Positions 19,210 through 30,500 of a stretch of DNA of 64,000 nucleotides are shown here, piece after piece (positions within the stretch are counted from its first letter, which is position 1; the number at the start of each line of letters is the position of its first letter). The translations under genes and the position numbers were made by a program. Origin of the DNA: a virus; the IMG/VR virus record IMGVR_UViG_3300020578_000017, positions 52,450 through 116,449 of that record. One strand, 5' to 3'. A model generated the notes under the pieces. That model was not told where the DNA came from, did not search any database, and was given only the letters and a program-made list of their open reading frames with translations.

Positions 19210-19830
19210 CTACGTCCTGTACGGGTAGTCTATTTCTCTGAAATCGTAAAAGGCTTGACCATCGTTATAAATCATGCCTCTTTTATGATCTTTTATTATT
19301 TTCTCAGAGGTTAACATGTCAATAGAAAAGCTATCTTGGATCATATCTTTAGAAAACGCCTGATGGAAGGCTATGCCTATCCTGGAAATCCAATAAGCGT
19401 CTGCTTCGTCTTGCCTAAACTTTGTCTTCGCGGCTTCACCAGCTAAGAAAACTATGTCTTTCTTCTGGAGCTTTTGGCTATAGGGCACTTTATATGCCCT
19501 GGCCCACTCTTGCATGAACCTATGAACCTGACGAGGTGCTGGTGAGCATACAAGCTGTTTATGGTACCAACATTCGTTTAGAATAAACTGATACAAAGCT
19601 TGAAGTGTTTCTGATGTAAAGCTTCCAAAGCTCGGACTCTCCACGCTTATTATGTCAGGATCGTATGACTCTATGAGACCTGATATTCTATCCGAGATAT
19701 ATCTTACTCGTATGACTAAGTACTCACCGGTTTTCGTGCTAAATCTATCTTTATACAATACCTTAAAGTTTTCATCAAGAACAACTATTCCAGTATTACT
19801 TAAAGATTGATCTATTCCTAAAGAGATCAC
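19210..19830 (-). CDS. ruvC: RuvC-like Holliday junction resolvase
   Basis: LGIDQSLSNTG, ISVES and DEADA acidic catalytic motifs. Confidence 0.85.
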   Translation of the reverse strand: MISLGIDQSLSNTGIVVLDENFKVLYKDRFSTKTGEYLVIRVRYISDRISGLIESYDPDIISVESPSFGSFTSETLQALYQFILNECWYHKQLVCSPAPRQVHRFMQEWARAYKVPYSQKLQKKDIVFLAGEAAKTKFRQDEADAYWISRIGIAFHQAFSKDMIQDSFSIDMLTSEKIIKDHKRGMIYNDGQAFYDFREIDYPYRT

Positions 19831-19850
19831 TAATTAAACTATAGAAATAC

Positions 19851-20126
19851 TTAATCAGCGAGTTTTAAATCAGCAAGAAATGGATAAGATTTATTTTCTG
19901 GAAACTCTGCCATTTTGCTTTCTAGATAATCTTTAACTACTTTTTTTCTGCTTGGCTTTTTCTCTGCGTTTCTTCCAATCGGATAACGCTCCCAAGAAAT
20001 GAAACTTCCAGTGTTTTGATCAGGAAAAGTAAATTCCTGATCTTTTCTTTTTTTCTTTTTAGTCTTATGCTTTTCCTTAGGCTTGTTGTCTATGCCAAGC
20101 TTAGGTACTTTAATTTCTTCTTCCAT
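19851..20126 (-). CDS. small Lys-rich hypothetical protein
   Basis: 91-aa ORF between SSB and RuvC. Confidence 0.5.
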   Translation of the reverse strand: MEEEIKVPKLGIDNKPKEKHKTKKKKRKDQEFTFPDQNTGSFISWERYPIGRNAEKKPSRKKVVKDYLESKMAEFPENKSYPFLADLKLAD

Positions 20127-20139
20127 ACAAACGCAAAGT

Positions 20140-20174
20140 AAAAGGCGGTTACACCAATTAAAGTGTAACCGCCT
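20140..20174 (-). terminator. intrinsic terminator
   Basis: 12-bp stem AGGCGGTTACAC/GTGTAACCGCCT followed by T-tract on the minus strand, after the SSB gene. Confidence 0.75.
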
Positions 20175-20198
20175 CTGTCCTCTATTTAGTTTATTTTA

Positions 20199-20966
20199 TC
20201 AGTTCCCGAACTGAGCAAGAAGCTCAGATAGGTCATCAGCGGAGGGTGTGTCTGCGGGAACTGCTCCAGAACTAAGCCCAAACGCTTCACGAAGCTCATC
20301 AAGGCTACGCTCACGTCCAAGTTCACGCTTAAGAGTCTGCATCATAGAGGCAGCTTCATCGAGAATCTGATTCTCAATATCGGGATTAGCACGCCAGGCT
20401 GCGTCCTTACAAGGAGAGAAGTCGAGCTTCTGATAATCTTCTTCCGTACAAGTAACCATAAGGTCGTGTCTAATGAGGGGGAATTCCTTGTTCTTCATCC
20501 TAAGCGAGGTGTACTTAGGTTGGCTGAAAATCCAAGGCTTGACGACATAGTTGAAAGGCTTCTGAAGAGCGCCGGACTTATCAGTTGTGTAGTGGACAAC
20601 AGGCATAGCAATCTTTAGAGTAGGCTTGCCAGTATTTTCACAGCAAACTTCAGTATGGCCTGGCTTTGATAGGCAGAAGAAAACCCCTAGGTTCTTGAAC
20701 CTATCATTGTAGTGGACATGTGCAGCGACGGGAGAAAAATAATGAATATAGTGCTTGCCGTCGATAGTGGCCTTTTCCATATCACCAGACTCCACACGAG
20801 GTGCAATCTCAGAAAGCTTTTCCTTGCTGAACGAGGTAAGGGGGGTGCGGGTATAGATGAAGCCGATTCGATCTGTAACTCCACGCTTACCACGATACTT
20901 CTCTACTTCACCGCCGCGTACTGACGAGTCATTAAACCCGTCTAGGTTGACTAGAAAGTCACTCAT
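20199..20966 (-). CDS. single-stranded DNA-binding protein (gp32-like)
   Basis: H..FC..CC putative Zn site, OB-like beta pattern, acidic tail SADDLSELL; GGAGG RBS and terminator; recombination cluster. Confidence 0.6.
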   Translation of the reverse strand: MSDFLVNLDGFNDSSVRGGEVEKYRGKRGVTDRIGFIYTRTPLTSFSKEKLSEIAPRVESGDMEKATIDGKHYIHYFSPVAAHVHYNDRFKNLGVFFCLSKPGHTEVCCENTGKPTLKIAMPVVHYTTDKSGALQKPFNYVVKPWIFSQPKYTSLRMKNKEFPLIRHDLMVTCTEEDYQKLDFSPCKDAAWRANPDIENQILDEAASMMQTLKRELGRERSLDELREAFGLSSGAVPADTPSADDLSELLAQFGN

Positions 20967-21025
20967 CTATATTTTCCTCCGATGATGTGACCTATTATAG
21001 GAACCTAGAATTTTTTCCGATAAAC

Positions 21026-21658
21026 TTATTTCTGGCCAAAAAACTCAGACAGGTCCAAGTCGTCATTGGCTAGTTTTCCTACGACTGGTGAAGAAGTAGC
21101 GCTTCCGAACTTCTTCAAGACTAGTGGAACATCAGGAAGCCTATCTATTGGGGTCTCCCCAAGCTTGATCCGTGAGTTCATGATATCCCACTGCGTCCTA
21201 ATATCGCTTCTTATGTCTTTAAGGAACTTGATTCTGTTTTCTACGATATCTAAAGCTGCTTCATGGGCTAAAACCATGTCCCTCAAGATTGTCAGCTCTC
21301 TAATCTCATCATCTAGCTTTGACTGTGCATAAGCTTCTTTGTGGTTTACCGCAGTTAATTGCTGAGCAAAAGGATCAGTGCTCATTATGTCCTGCTTCTT
21401 TACTTTTAGTAAAAGTTTTGCTGCGTTTTCTGCTCTTTTTACTTTAGTTAGCGCATCTCTTAATTTTGCTCTTTGAGTTTCTAGAGTTCTGAACTTTGTT
21501 TGCGCTTCAAATATCTTTTCTTCAATAAATCTAGGGCCTGCTTCAATAGAATCTGACGGCATTTCAACAATAGTAGCCATGGCTTCTTCCATGATACTAT
21601 TTAACTGGCTATCAGTAAAAGAACCGGCTACCCCTAACCATTCATTTCCTAAGCTCAC
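21026..21658 (-). CDS. coiled-coil protein, possible UvsY-like mediator
   Basis: long helical coiled coil with acidic-aromatic tail (DDLDLSEFF) next to SSB; function inferred. Confidence 0.4.
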   Translation of the reverse strand: MSLGNEWLGVAGSFTDSQLNSIMEEAMATIVEMPSDSIEAGPRFIEEKIFEAQTKFRTLETQRAKLRDALTKVKRAENAAKLLLKVKKQDIMSTDPFAQQLTAVNHKEAYAQSKLDDEIRELTILRDMVLAHEAALDIVENRIKFLKDIRSDIRTQWDIMNSRIKLGETPIDRLPDVPLVLKKFGSATSSPVVGKLANDDLDLSEFFGQK

Positions 21659-21669
21659 AATAACCTCCT

Positions 21670-22797
21670 CTATGACTTATAGACTTCCTCTATTACCTTT
21701 GCTAAGGATTGTGACGCTTTTTTCCACGTCCAATCTTTGACGTGATTATGACCACTTAATCCTACTTCCTTATTCCTCTGCCTGTCATTAAAAGCCTGAG
21801 CAAGAATGTTAGATAGGCTTCCTGGATCGGGGTTAGCCCACTTATGGTCGTTATCTTGATCGGCAAAGTCAAAGCTTGGATGACGAACTGACTGCTTTGG
21901 AAGATCAACAAGATGATAGTCAATATGGTAAGCAACTTCTTTAGGTAAAATTTCAGCTGGTGCTGACCACCCAGTAACTGCAACTGGTGCGCCACACGCT
22001 GCAGCTTGTGGACCAGCATGTCCCCACGCTTCACCTCTTGTCGGCATTACAAAAAGATCTGCTGACTTAAACAATCTTGCCATAACTGGATATTTTAGAT
22101 AAGCACTTATGATATTTACTTCTGGTGCAAAAGCTTGATGATGTTGTCTGATATTTGCTATTAAATTCTTTAATGCAGATATCTCTTGCTCTGAATCTGA
22201 GTATACTTTGATAATTAATCTTGCATTTTGAACATTTGCAAATGTATAAAGGAAAGAATTTATAAGTACATCAAAACCTTTCCTGTTTTGCATGAGCCCA
22301 ACTGATACTACATTAAACTTATCGCTAAACTCATCCAAAGGCTTGACATTGATGTTAAAGTCACTAGCTATGCCATTAGGTACAACATAAACTGGAGTTT
22401 TCATCTCTTCTCTGGATTCAAAGATTTCCTTGTTGAAAACAGATGGAGATATAATGGCATCCATCGTGTTGCAAAAAGGTATCCAAGCCTTTGGAATTCT
22501 GTCTGTTTCAAAAACACCATAACCAATATTCTTAGGACAAAACTTTACCCATTCTGTAGCTAATATAGATTGAATAGATATACCCCTAGACATATCTATT
22601 CTGTTTTGAGACATTCTCTGCAATCTTTCAAAGATCCCAGGCTCAATATCGGCTCTTGTATAACTAGAGTCAAAGTTATCTAGCTGTATATGAAACTTAC
22701 TAGTATCTTCAAGACCTAATAATAAGTTTCTAGCTGTTTCTGAATAACCTGTTCCGTCAAGTACAGGAGCTCGATAGTAGACTGGAATCTTCGACAT
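21670..22797 (-). CDS. glycosyltransferase, GT4/GT-B fold
   Basis: TGYSETAR, FETDRIP, VVPNG, RKGFDVLI, ADLFVMPTRGEAWG. Confidence 0.9.
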   Translation of the reverse strand: MSKIPVYYRAPVLDGTGYSETARNLLLGLEDTSKFHIQLDNFDSSYTRADIEPGIFERLQRMSQNRIDMSRGISIQSILATEWVKFCPKNIGYGVFETDRIPKAWIPFCNTMDAIISPSVFNKEIFESREEMKTPVYVVPNGIASDFNINVKPLDEFSDKFNVVSVGLMQNRKGFDVLINSFLYTFANVQNARLIIKVYSDSEQEISALKNLIANIRQHHQAFAPEVNIISAYLKYPVMARLFKSADLFVMPTRGEAWGHAGPQAAACGAPVAVTGWSAPAEILPKEVAYHIDYHLVDLPKQSVRHPSFDFADQDNDHKWANPDPGSLSNILAQAFNDRQRNKEVGLSGHNHVKDWTWKKASQSLAKVIEEVYKS

Positions 22798-22801
22798 TTT
22801 T

Positions 22802-24052
22802 TTACGCCTTTTGAATCATTGCAGGAGAGATGCTATTTCTGGTTTTATCGAGGTAACCAGAAACTAGATTTGTCATAGTCCTACCAAGGTCAGACCAAGC
22901 ATGATCTTGTGCCCATAAATAGGCTGTTTGCGCCTTATCCTTTAGAGAATCCTGGTTCTCATAGGCATTCTTCATGGCCTCAGCTAGTTGTCTATGATCA
23001 ATAAGCCTTTGAACTACGTTATGTGTTGCGTATAAACCAGTAGGACACTCAATAGCTAAGCCTCGCTCTTCATTGTCACCTATTTGTTCACGGCAAGCGC
23101 TATTATCAGGAACAATTACAGGAACCCGAGAAGCCATAGCTTCTGTAATTGGAAGGCCCCAACCTTCTCCCATAGCCGTGCTTACAAATAGGTCACTAGC
23201 TTGGTAGATATTCGCTAATATATTTACTGGAATACCGTCATTAATATTATGGTTAGCTGGGAAAAATACATAAGGAGTAGCTTCTGGGCAGTCTCTCTTG
23301 ATAACCTCAGATAGTGGGAATCCGGCTGGATCATTATCTGCGGTATGCATGTAAACGGCTAAATCCTTCGGTACGCCGCCTAAGTTTCTTTCCCAGTGCG
23401 CTAAGGCCTGAATAATCGCCTGTGGATTCTTTCTTACGAAGTTTCTGCCTACCCATGAAATTAAAAACTTATCTTTAGCGAAAGGAAGTAACTTTGCCTT
23501 AAGGTCCTTCTTCTCTGATGGACTTACTGGCTTGAATACATTTGTATCAACACCATGATGAAGAACATCTACCTTAAGGTTATTTGTGACCTTCTCAATT
23601 TCACGCTTACCGTATTCTGTAAAGCAAACCAAACCATCAAACTGCTCAAGGAAAGGGACCCAGGGTAGAGGGAAGCAATCTCCATCGACAGGGAAATAGA
23701 ATACCTGACATACTTTGCCGCGATACTTCTGAACCTGTTGAGCTAAGTTACCCATAAGCATGAAAGTGTCTGCAATGTAGAAAATTACATCTGGTTTAAA
23801 GGATTCTACCACAACATCAAAAACATCGGCGCCAAATCTATTACCTAGTACATGATAGAACTTGGCGGGCACGCCAAAGCTTACTCGCTCTGACATCTCA
23901 TAATAAGTTGGTACGTAACCACTCCAACCCCAAGCCAAGAACCCTAAATCGAACTTTCTAGTGAAGGATTTAGCTAGGTTCCGCGAGACACCAGAATAAC
24001 CTGACGCGAAGTGCGGGCTTTCAGTTACAATAAGGATTCTTGGCTTAGCCAT
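22802..24052 (-). CDS. glycosyltransferase, GT4/GT-B fold
   Basis: SGYSGV, HGVD, VGRNFVRKN, DLFVSTAMGEGWGLPITEAMAS. Confidence 0.9.
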   Translation of the reverse strand: MAKPRILIVTESPHFASGYSGVSRNLAKSFTRKFDLGFLAWGWSGYVPTYYEMSERVSFGVPAKFYHVLGNRFGADVFDVVVESFKPDVIFYIADTFMLMGNLAQQVQKYRGKVCQVFYFPVDGDCFPLPWVPFLEQFDGLVCFTEYGKREIEKVTNNLKVDVLHHGVDTNVFKPVSPSEKKDLKAKLLPFAKDKFLISWVGRNFVRKNPQAIIQALAHWERNLGGVPKDLAVYMHTADNDPAGFPLSEVIKRDCPEATPYVFFPANHNINDGIPVNILANIYQASDLFVSTAMGEGWGLPITEAMASRVPVIVPDNSACREQIGDNEERGLAIECPTGLYATHNVVQRLIDHRQLAEAMKNAYENQDSLKDKAQTAYLWAQDHAWSDLGRTMTNLVSGYLDKTRNSISPAMIQKA

Positions 24053-24054
24053 TT

Positions 24055-24390
24055 TTAGACACCTACCTGCTCAGTAGTTACTACTGGAAAGGCCTGAACT
24101 TCCTCAGTAGTTCTATTTTGATTAAGTAGCTCAGCCTGGACTAACTCAGTAAGTTGCTGTAAAAGCGTACTTACAGTCTCATGAACCTCTGTGCTAAGGC
24201 CATCTTGAGTTAAATCGAAAGTTCCAGCAGAAGTAACAGGAGTATAAGTTCCGTCATTCTTGTCAATTCCTGCACTTAGCCTGACCCTGACTAGATTGCT
24301 TGCTGGATTAACTAGAAGCTCCTCCACTCGAAAGGCGTTTAGTGTAACAGACTGTGGTTCTACTAACTTTCCAAATGTACTAGTAAGCAT
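24055..24390 (-). CDS. hypothetical protein, possible fibre chaperone
   Basis: 111 aa directly after the fibre cluster; GAGG RBS. Confidence 0.45.
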   Translation of the reverse strand: MLTSTFGKLVEPQSVTLNAFRVEELLVNPASNLVRVRLSAGIDKNDGTYTPVTSAGTFDLTQDGLSTEVHETVSTLLQQLTELVQAELLNQNRTTEEVQAFPVVTTEQVGV

Positions 24391-24442
24391 TTTCTATAAC
24401 CTCTTCTCTTGACGAGATTATAGGGCTACACTTACTAAGAAA

Positions 24443-27400
24443 TTAGTTTAATTTCTGAATAATTATTGTACCATAAATGTTGGCTGTTCCAGAAGGAGAA
24501 CTATCTGTTTTTCTTGCCTGAGCGTAAATCTTTAAGTATCCTGGCTCGGTTACAGGTATGATCTCATCTAAGGTTATTGGGTAGTACCCATTAAGTAATC
24601 CGCCTGCATTTATAGGTGGTAAAAAAGTTTGCCCAGAAGTTACGAGAGTATATGAGGAATCCCTAAACTCATAGTAGAATCTCATGAAAGCTACAATGTT
24701 ATTAGCCGACATATCTACTCTTCCGTTGAAAGTAGATCGAACAAATTGATTTTCTTCTAAGGTAGTTTCATCTCTTACTTGAACCTCAGCGTAAGTGATC
24801 GTTGTCCAAGACGTTGAGCTGACTAGTATCTCACTTGACTGGAAGGTCTGAGAATAATCAATACCTTGTATGTAGTTTTTAATCACATCTTTGGTCTTTA
24901 CTAGACCAGCGGTAATAGTACCGGAGTGGTAAGAGAAAATTCTCTTGGTTCCAGTATAGAACGGAGCTACGTCAGGATAGACGTATGATGTATTCGTACC
25001 AGTGAATAGTACATTGTAAACTCCACCTATGGATATAGATGCTAGATTATTGTTGAAAGATGCCCATACTCTATAGCTAGAAGCCCCAGCAACAGGTAAC
25101 CAGCTAAAGGTTCTTGCATTAGGATAATTTTCTGTCCTTACAATATTTGAAGCACCAACTGCAAAACCATTTGCATCTAAAGCCTGTATGAAAAATGAAT
25201 GCTGCGTGCCTGTAGTGTCATTAATACTTAGGGTAGTTGACGGGAACTTATTGACCTGTATAGGCATAGCAGAATCAATTTTGTCGCCTACTGTAAGACC
25301 TGAATTTTCTACGCCATTACTTATAGTTTTTAGAATAATTTGAGAAGTCTCATCACCATTTGTTATGGTATTAAAATTAGTCTCGAAAGACCCAGAAAGC
25401 GTATCCTCACTGGCGCTGTTTTGTGCATAGAATTGCATAGATAATCCTATACCGCTCAACACTGTTACGCCGCTTGTTCTCCTAAAAAACTTAATAAAAT
25501 CTACAACGTTGTTGTTATCGTCGCTAGAATAAGTCCTTGCTGCTGTAAAGGGTATGCTAATATCTGCTTGACCAATTGATAAAGCTTCACCAGCTTCTAT
25601 CGTCCCACTTACTTCTAAGTTGCTCCTAAATAAACCACTACCACTAACATCAAAATCAGTAGTAGGATTGCTCGTAAGAACACCTACTCTAAGCGTATCA
25701 CCCCTTGTGGAAAGAATTGTGCTCCCAGCCCCCCCAGAAGCATCAGACCAAACTCTCCAGTAGCAACCAACCCTTTCATCTTGATTGGTTAAGTCAATAG
25801 ACCATTCTTGATTATCTGCTGTTGCTTCTAAAATAGTATTTGTGTATGGTTTAAGGTACTGGTTTCCTGATACATAAAGATTACCTGATACAGTAATATC
25901 ACTGCCAAAGTTAAGTGTACCACTGACTGATAGATCACCAGCTAAATCTATATCGCCAGCAAAGTAGTTTCGATCTCCCGTACCGGCCTGGTAAATACCC
26001 CAACCACCACTTACAACACCGACATCTTGAGACTCAATGTATAATCCGTAACTGTAAATGGGAGACTGGGTACCAAGGGGTGATCTTGTAGGTGCATTAG
26101 GTGAGCGAGCTAAAAAGTTAATCGCCTTGTAGTCTGGGTAATCTCCTCCAGCAAAAGAGGTTTCGTTATTACTGTCGTAAATGGCTTGAGCGGATATAGC
26201 TACTGAACCAGATAAACTACTAGTTCCTGATTCTGGTGCGGTTCTGACAAATAGTCCAGAAACAGCTTGTGCTGCATAACCACCTACAAAATTGTCGGAC
26301 AGGTTAGTTCTTATATTTTGAACCAGTAATACTGTTGTATTTATTGGATTACCAGGTGCTGTTACTAAGTTTCCAGAAGTTGAAAAACTAAACCCATAAT
26401 CGTTTGCCGTGTGTACTCCATTAAGCGCATCTATAGCGCCACTAAAGTTTAATCCAGATGGAGTAGATAGTACACCATTTACAGTTAAGTCATGAGTAGA
26501 TGTAGCGCCGCTAAGTAATGTAACACCTGAGTTTATGAAAGAAGAACCGCTTAAACCTTTCATCTCCGTCGTAAACGTTGAATTTCCGCTAAAGGTCGTT
26601 GTACTTTCAAATACAAAACTGCTTACTGCGTTTACCTGACCAGATGCTATACTGATTCCTGTTGTGCCTTGATTTATGATATTTAATCTTATCGATGAAC
26701 CGCTTACTTTAGACTCAACTCCAGTCATCTTATTAGAGTTATCTGAGCTAGATTCATCTTTATGCTTGAAAAGTAAGAATAAAGTACCGCTTGTTCCAGT
26801 ATCTACGTGACGTAGAGTAATGCCTTCTGTATAGGCAGTAGAACCTGATCCAGTCCTTACCTCTAGCTTTGGTGATGAATTTGGGAATAAATCTGATGAA
26901 CTATGAAAAGCTAAAACAGAATCAGAACCAATCGCTAATTTGTTGCTAGTATCTGCAGATATTAATGTGCTTGTACCAAGAGAGTCACTAGAACAAATTT
27001 TAAGCTTACCTGTATCACTTCCATCTATACCAAATGACCAAGTATTAGAATTCGTAAATCTAATTTTAGCATCACCTGAGCCAACTTGTTGTATCAGTAG
27101 CCCAGAACCAGAAGTATTATCCTCATATACATGTAATAAAGCTGATGGGTTTCCGGCAGTATCACCAATTCTTATACCAGATGAAGTTGCCCTTAAAGAC
27201 TCGAAGCCACCAACATATAAAGATGTATGTGTGGGTCGGATTGCTGTGCCAAAGTTTGCATAAGTATCATCACCAGATGGAAGATCGCTTACTAAACCAC
27301 TATCTTTTGTAGTAGTTGGATCACAAACTTCAAATACCGCACTACCGCTTTGATTGAAGTTTACTACTGAAGCGATTATATTGGTTGAATTTGCTCCAGT

Positions 27401-27541
27401 TTTTACAAATAATGTACCAGACTTTACTGAACCAGTATTAGATTCTAGGGTAAAAACGAAATCTGAAGGTTGCCAGGTTCCGTTTGTAGTCAAGATTTCT
27501 ATCTCAACTTCTGGTAAGTTATAAACGTACTCAAATGGCAT
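24443..27541 (-). CDS. tail fibre/appendage protein (anchor A, body X)
   Basis: 1032 aa Ser/Gly/Thr-rich; fibre motifs PSALLHV, PKLEV, RVGVLTSNPTTDFDVSG; N-terminus paralogous to 27562..31143. Confidence 0.7.
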   Translation of the reverse strand: MPFEYVYNLPEVEIEILTTNGTWQPSDFVFTLESNTGSVKSGTLFVKTGANSTNIIASVVNFNQSGSAVFEVCDPTTTKDSGLVSDLPSGDDTYANFGTAIRPTHTSLYVGGFESLRATSSGIRIGDTAGNPSALLHVYEDNTSGSGLLIQQVGSGDAKIRFTNSNTWSFGIDGSDTGKLKICSSDSLGTSTLISADTSNKLAIGSDSVLAFHSSSDLFPNSSPKLEVRTGSGSTAYTEGITLRHVDTGTSGTLFLLFKHKDESSSDNSNKMTGVESKVSGSSIRLNIINQGTTGISIASGQVNAVSSFVFESTTTFSGNSTFTTEMKGLSGSSFINSGVTLLSGATSTHDLTVNGVLSTPSGLNFSGAIDALNGVHTANDYGFSFSTSGNLVTAPGNPINTTVLLVQNIRTNLSDNFVGGYAAQAVSGLFVRTAPESGTSSLSGSVAISAQAIYDSNNETSFAGGDYPDYKAINFLARSPNAPTRSPLGTQSPIYSYGLYIESQDVGVVSGGWGIYQAGTGDRNYFAGDIDLAGDLSVSGTLNFGSDITVSGNLYVSGNQYLKPYTNTILEATADNQEWSIDLTNQDERVGCYWRVWSDASGGAGSTILSTRGDTLRVGVLTSNPTTDFDVSGSGLFRSNLEVSGTIEAGEALSIGQADISIPFTAARTYSSDDNNNVVDFIKFFRRTSGVTVLSGIGLSMQFYAQNSASEDTLSGSFETNFNTITNGDETSQIILKTISNGVENSGLTVGDKIDSAMPIQVNKFPSTTLSINDTTGTQHSFFIQALDANGFAVGASNIVRTENYPNARTFSWLPVAGASSYRVWASFNNNLASISIGGVYNVLFTGTNTSYVYPDVAPFYTGTKRIFSYHSGTITAGLVKTKDVIKNYIQGIDYSQTFQSSEILVSSTSWTTITYAEVQVRDETTLEENQFVRSTFNGRVDMSANNIVAFMRFYYEFRDSSYTLVTSGQTFLPPINAGGLLNGYYPITLDEIIPVTEPGYLKIYAQARKTDSSPSGTANIYGTIIIQKLN

Positions 27542-27561
27542 TTAAATCGTACCTAATCACT

Positions 27562-30500
27562 CTACATTGGTGCCCCGCCACCACCGCCCATACCTGTATT
27601 TATGAGGGCAGAAGCAGAACCATAATTTATAGAATCAGTAACTCGAACAAAGAAGTATACAGTTTGACCGTTATATGATGAAACGTCTGTTTGTACAGAA
27701 GGTGGGAAGCTAAAAGGTGGCGTTGTCCAAACTGCACCTGTTGGAGTACTTGAAGTACCTATCTGATACTGATAAGAAGATGCACCAATTACTTGATCCC
27801 ATGTAGCATATCCAGTTGAATTAAACGTGACATTTGTTGGGGCACTGTAGTAAGGCCTTGCACCTGATATGGATGAACGGCTTGAAGGAGTATTGTTTCG
27901 CTGTACGATAAAATATAAAAGCTGTCCCTGGGATACCAGCATGCTTGAACCCATAACTGGAGGACCGGAATACTGAGTATTTTGCCAAGAACCTTCGTTA
28001 GGTGTAGAGGAAGAAGCAAACTGATATTGGTACAGAACATCTGGGTTGTAGGTCCAATTTCCGGTAGCAGAAGATAATCCTACATTTATAGATAACCCAC
28101 TAACTACAGAGGCAGGCTTTAATGCGCTTGTAAAGTTATAGAAGCTACCACCTGAAGCTCTTACAAAGAAGTAAAAAGTTTGACCTTCTGTGATGCTTGC
28201 CAAACTCACCGTTTCTGGTGGGTTGTCGGTAGCTGTCCACATGCCCACCATAGGGGCTGAAGTGGTTGATACTTGATACTCATAAGACCCATTAGCCCCA
28301 GGTATGATATCCCAGTTTGCCTCTCCTGTTGCAGGATCTATTGTTACGACTGGCATAGTATCGTCATCATATGATGCTGTAGCCGTAAGTCCGCTGGCCC
28401 TTACATGGAAGTATACTTGAGCACTAGAAGCATACTGAGAAAGATTTAACGATATAGGCTGTATTCCTATTACGGCTACCCAAGCCATAGCATTCGGTGA
28501 TGTGCTTTGATTGACTTGATATTGATAAGACAATCCAGAAATAGGTTCATTCCAAGTTGCCGTTCTGCTATCAGTATCTAAAAGAACACTGGTAAGGGCT
28601 GAAGGCATTGAGGAAGAAGTTGAAGCGTAAACTTCAGAATTTGCAACTTTTACATGTAGGTATACGGTCTGCCCTGCAGAGAAGCTGTCTAACATAACGT
28701 TGTTAGATTCTGTAGGCGTAGTAACCCAAACCTCTGGCGCTATGTCTGCATCTGAGTTCGTTGTGACTTTATACTTATAACCACCAACAAGATGAGAACC
28801 TGGTACCATATCCCAGCTTATACCGCTAGTATATGTATTAAACACTAGATTAGTTGGAACACCAGCCGCTACAGCACTATCGCTTCCATAATTATTTGCG
28901 GAACCAGATACCCGGACAAAAACGAATACCTCATCACCGGCATTACTAGATATATCTTCGCTTGAATAAAGATTTGTTGTTGTTGTCCAGTCTTCATCTA
29001 AAATCTCAGGAGTAGAACTAGTTGAGTATTGATACTGATAGTTTGTCGCATCTGTTACTGCAAACCAGCTTGCCTCACCATCAACAGTTAATATAATTCC
29101 AGTAGGCGCTGAAAAAGGTATATATGTCGAGTCAAAACTGGAATTGGTAGAGTCTGTAACTCTTACATGTAAGTAAGCTACTGTTCCGGTAAACCCAGAT
29201 AGACTTAGCCCAGTTACACTAGTAGTGACTACTTGGGAACTCCAGGTACCTGTTGCTGTAGAAATAGTAGAAAGCTGATACTGATAACCAGGAGCGTTAG
29301 TTACTGATGACCAAGATGCATCGCCGTTTTCGTCAAGAACGACGGTAACCGGAGCAGCAAAGTTTACATATACAGAATCGCTGCTATAACTAATTCCACC
29401 AAATGACTTTACAAAGAAATAAACGGTTTGACCGCCAAAAGAACTTATATTTTCACTTATTGTCAAATTAGAAGTTACTGACCAATCATTTTCATCAGGA
29501 ACTGCGTTATTTGTAAACTGATATTGATAACCAGATGTTGCCTCTGCAACAGAAGACCAAGATGCCTCACCATCTTCACTAAGTGTAACTGTATCTGGTG
29601 GGGTAACATAAACAGTTTGCATCTCATTTTGTTGCTTTATTCTAAAATGTAGAAGAGCAGAATTTCTGTCTGAATCAGAACTTCCGCCATCTTGAGCAAT
29701 AAGTAAAGTTAAAGAAGTAAAATTATCTTGCTCGGCAATAGATAAGTTGACTAATGGAGCATAAAAAGTGTCTGTATTTATACTGGAACCCGTACTTATG
29801 TAAGATGTGAAGCCATCTGCTAATACAGTGCCACTAGATATAATATTATTTTTTACAAGTAAGCCGCTTGTTGTAGTCAATCCTGAAACATTCAAGTTTC
29901 CTAATAAGTTGGTATTTCCAGTAACCGTAAGAGTAGAGCCAAACTCTATAGGTAGATTAGGATCAATTCCGCCAAGATTACTTGCCGTAATGTTGCCTTC
30001 TATAGTAACGTTGCCAGTTACAGTTACATTACCCTGGACATCTAAAGTATTTAATACGGTTAGACCACTAGTTGTAGTCAGCCCAGAGACAACAAGTGTT
30101 GACTCTAAAGTTGTCGCACCAGATACTTCAAGATTAGACTCTAAAACTGTTGAACCAGATACATTTAGAGTAGAACCTAGAATAATAGGTAGACTTGGAT
30201 CAAAAGGTGCTGATATACTATCTGAAATAATATTTCCAAGAACAGTCAAGTCACCCGTTACAGTTACGTTTCCAGTAACATCAACATCATTCTGTACAAC
30301 TAACCCACTTGTTGTAGTAAGCCCTGAAACTACTAAGGTACTATCTAAGGTAGCCGAGCCAGATACCTCAAGAGTATTTCCAAGAATAACTGGTGAGTTT
30401 AAATCGATAGTAGTGCCTAAATCGGCATAAATCATGCCACCAACAATCAAATCACCAGAAACATATGCATTACCTTGAATATCTAAATCACCAGAAGATA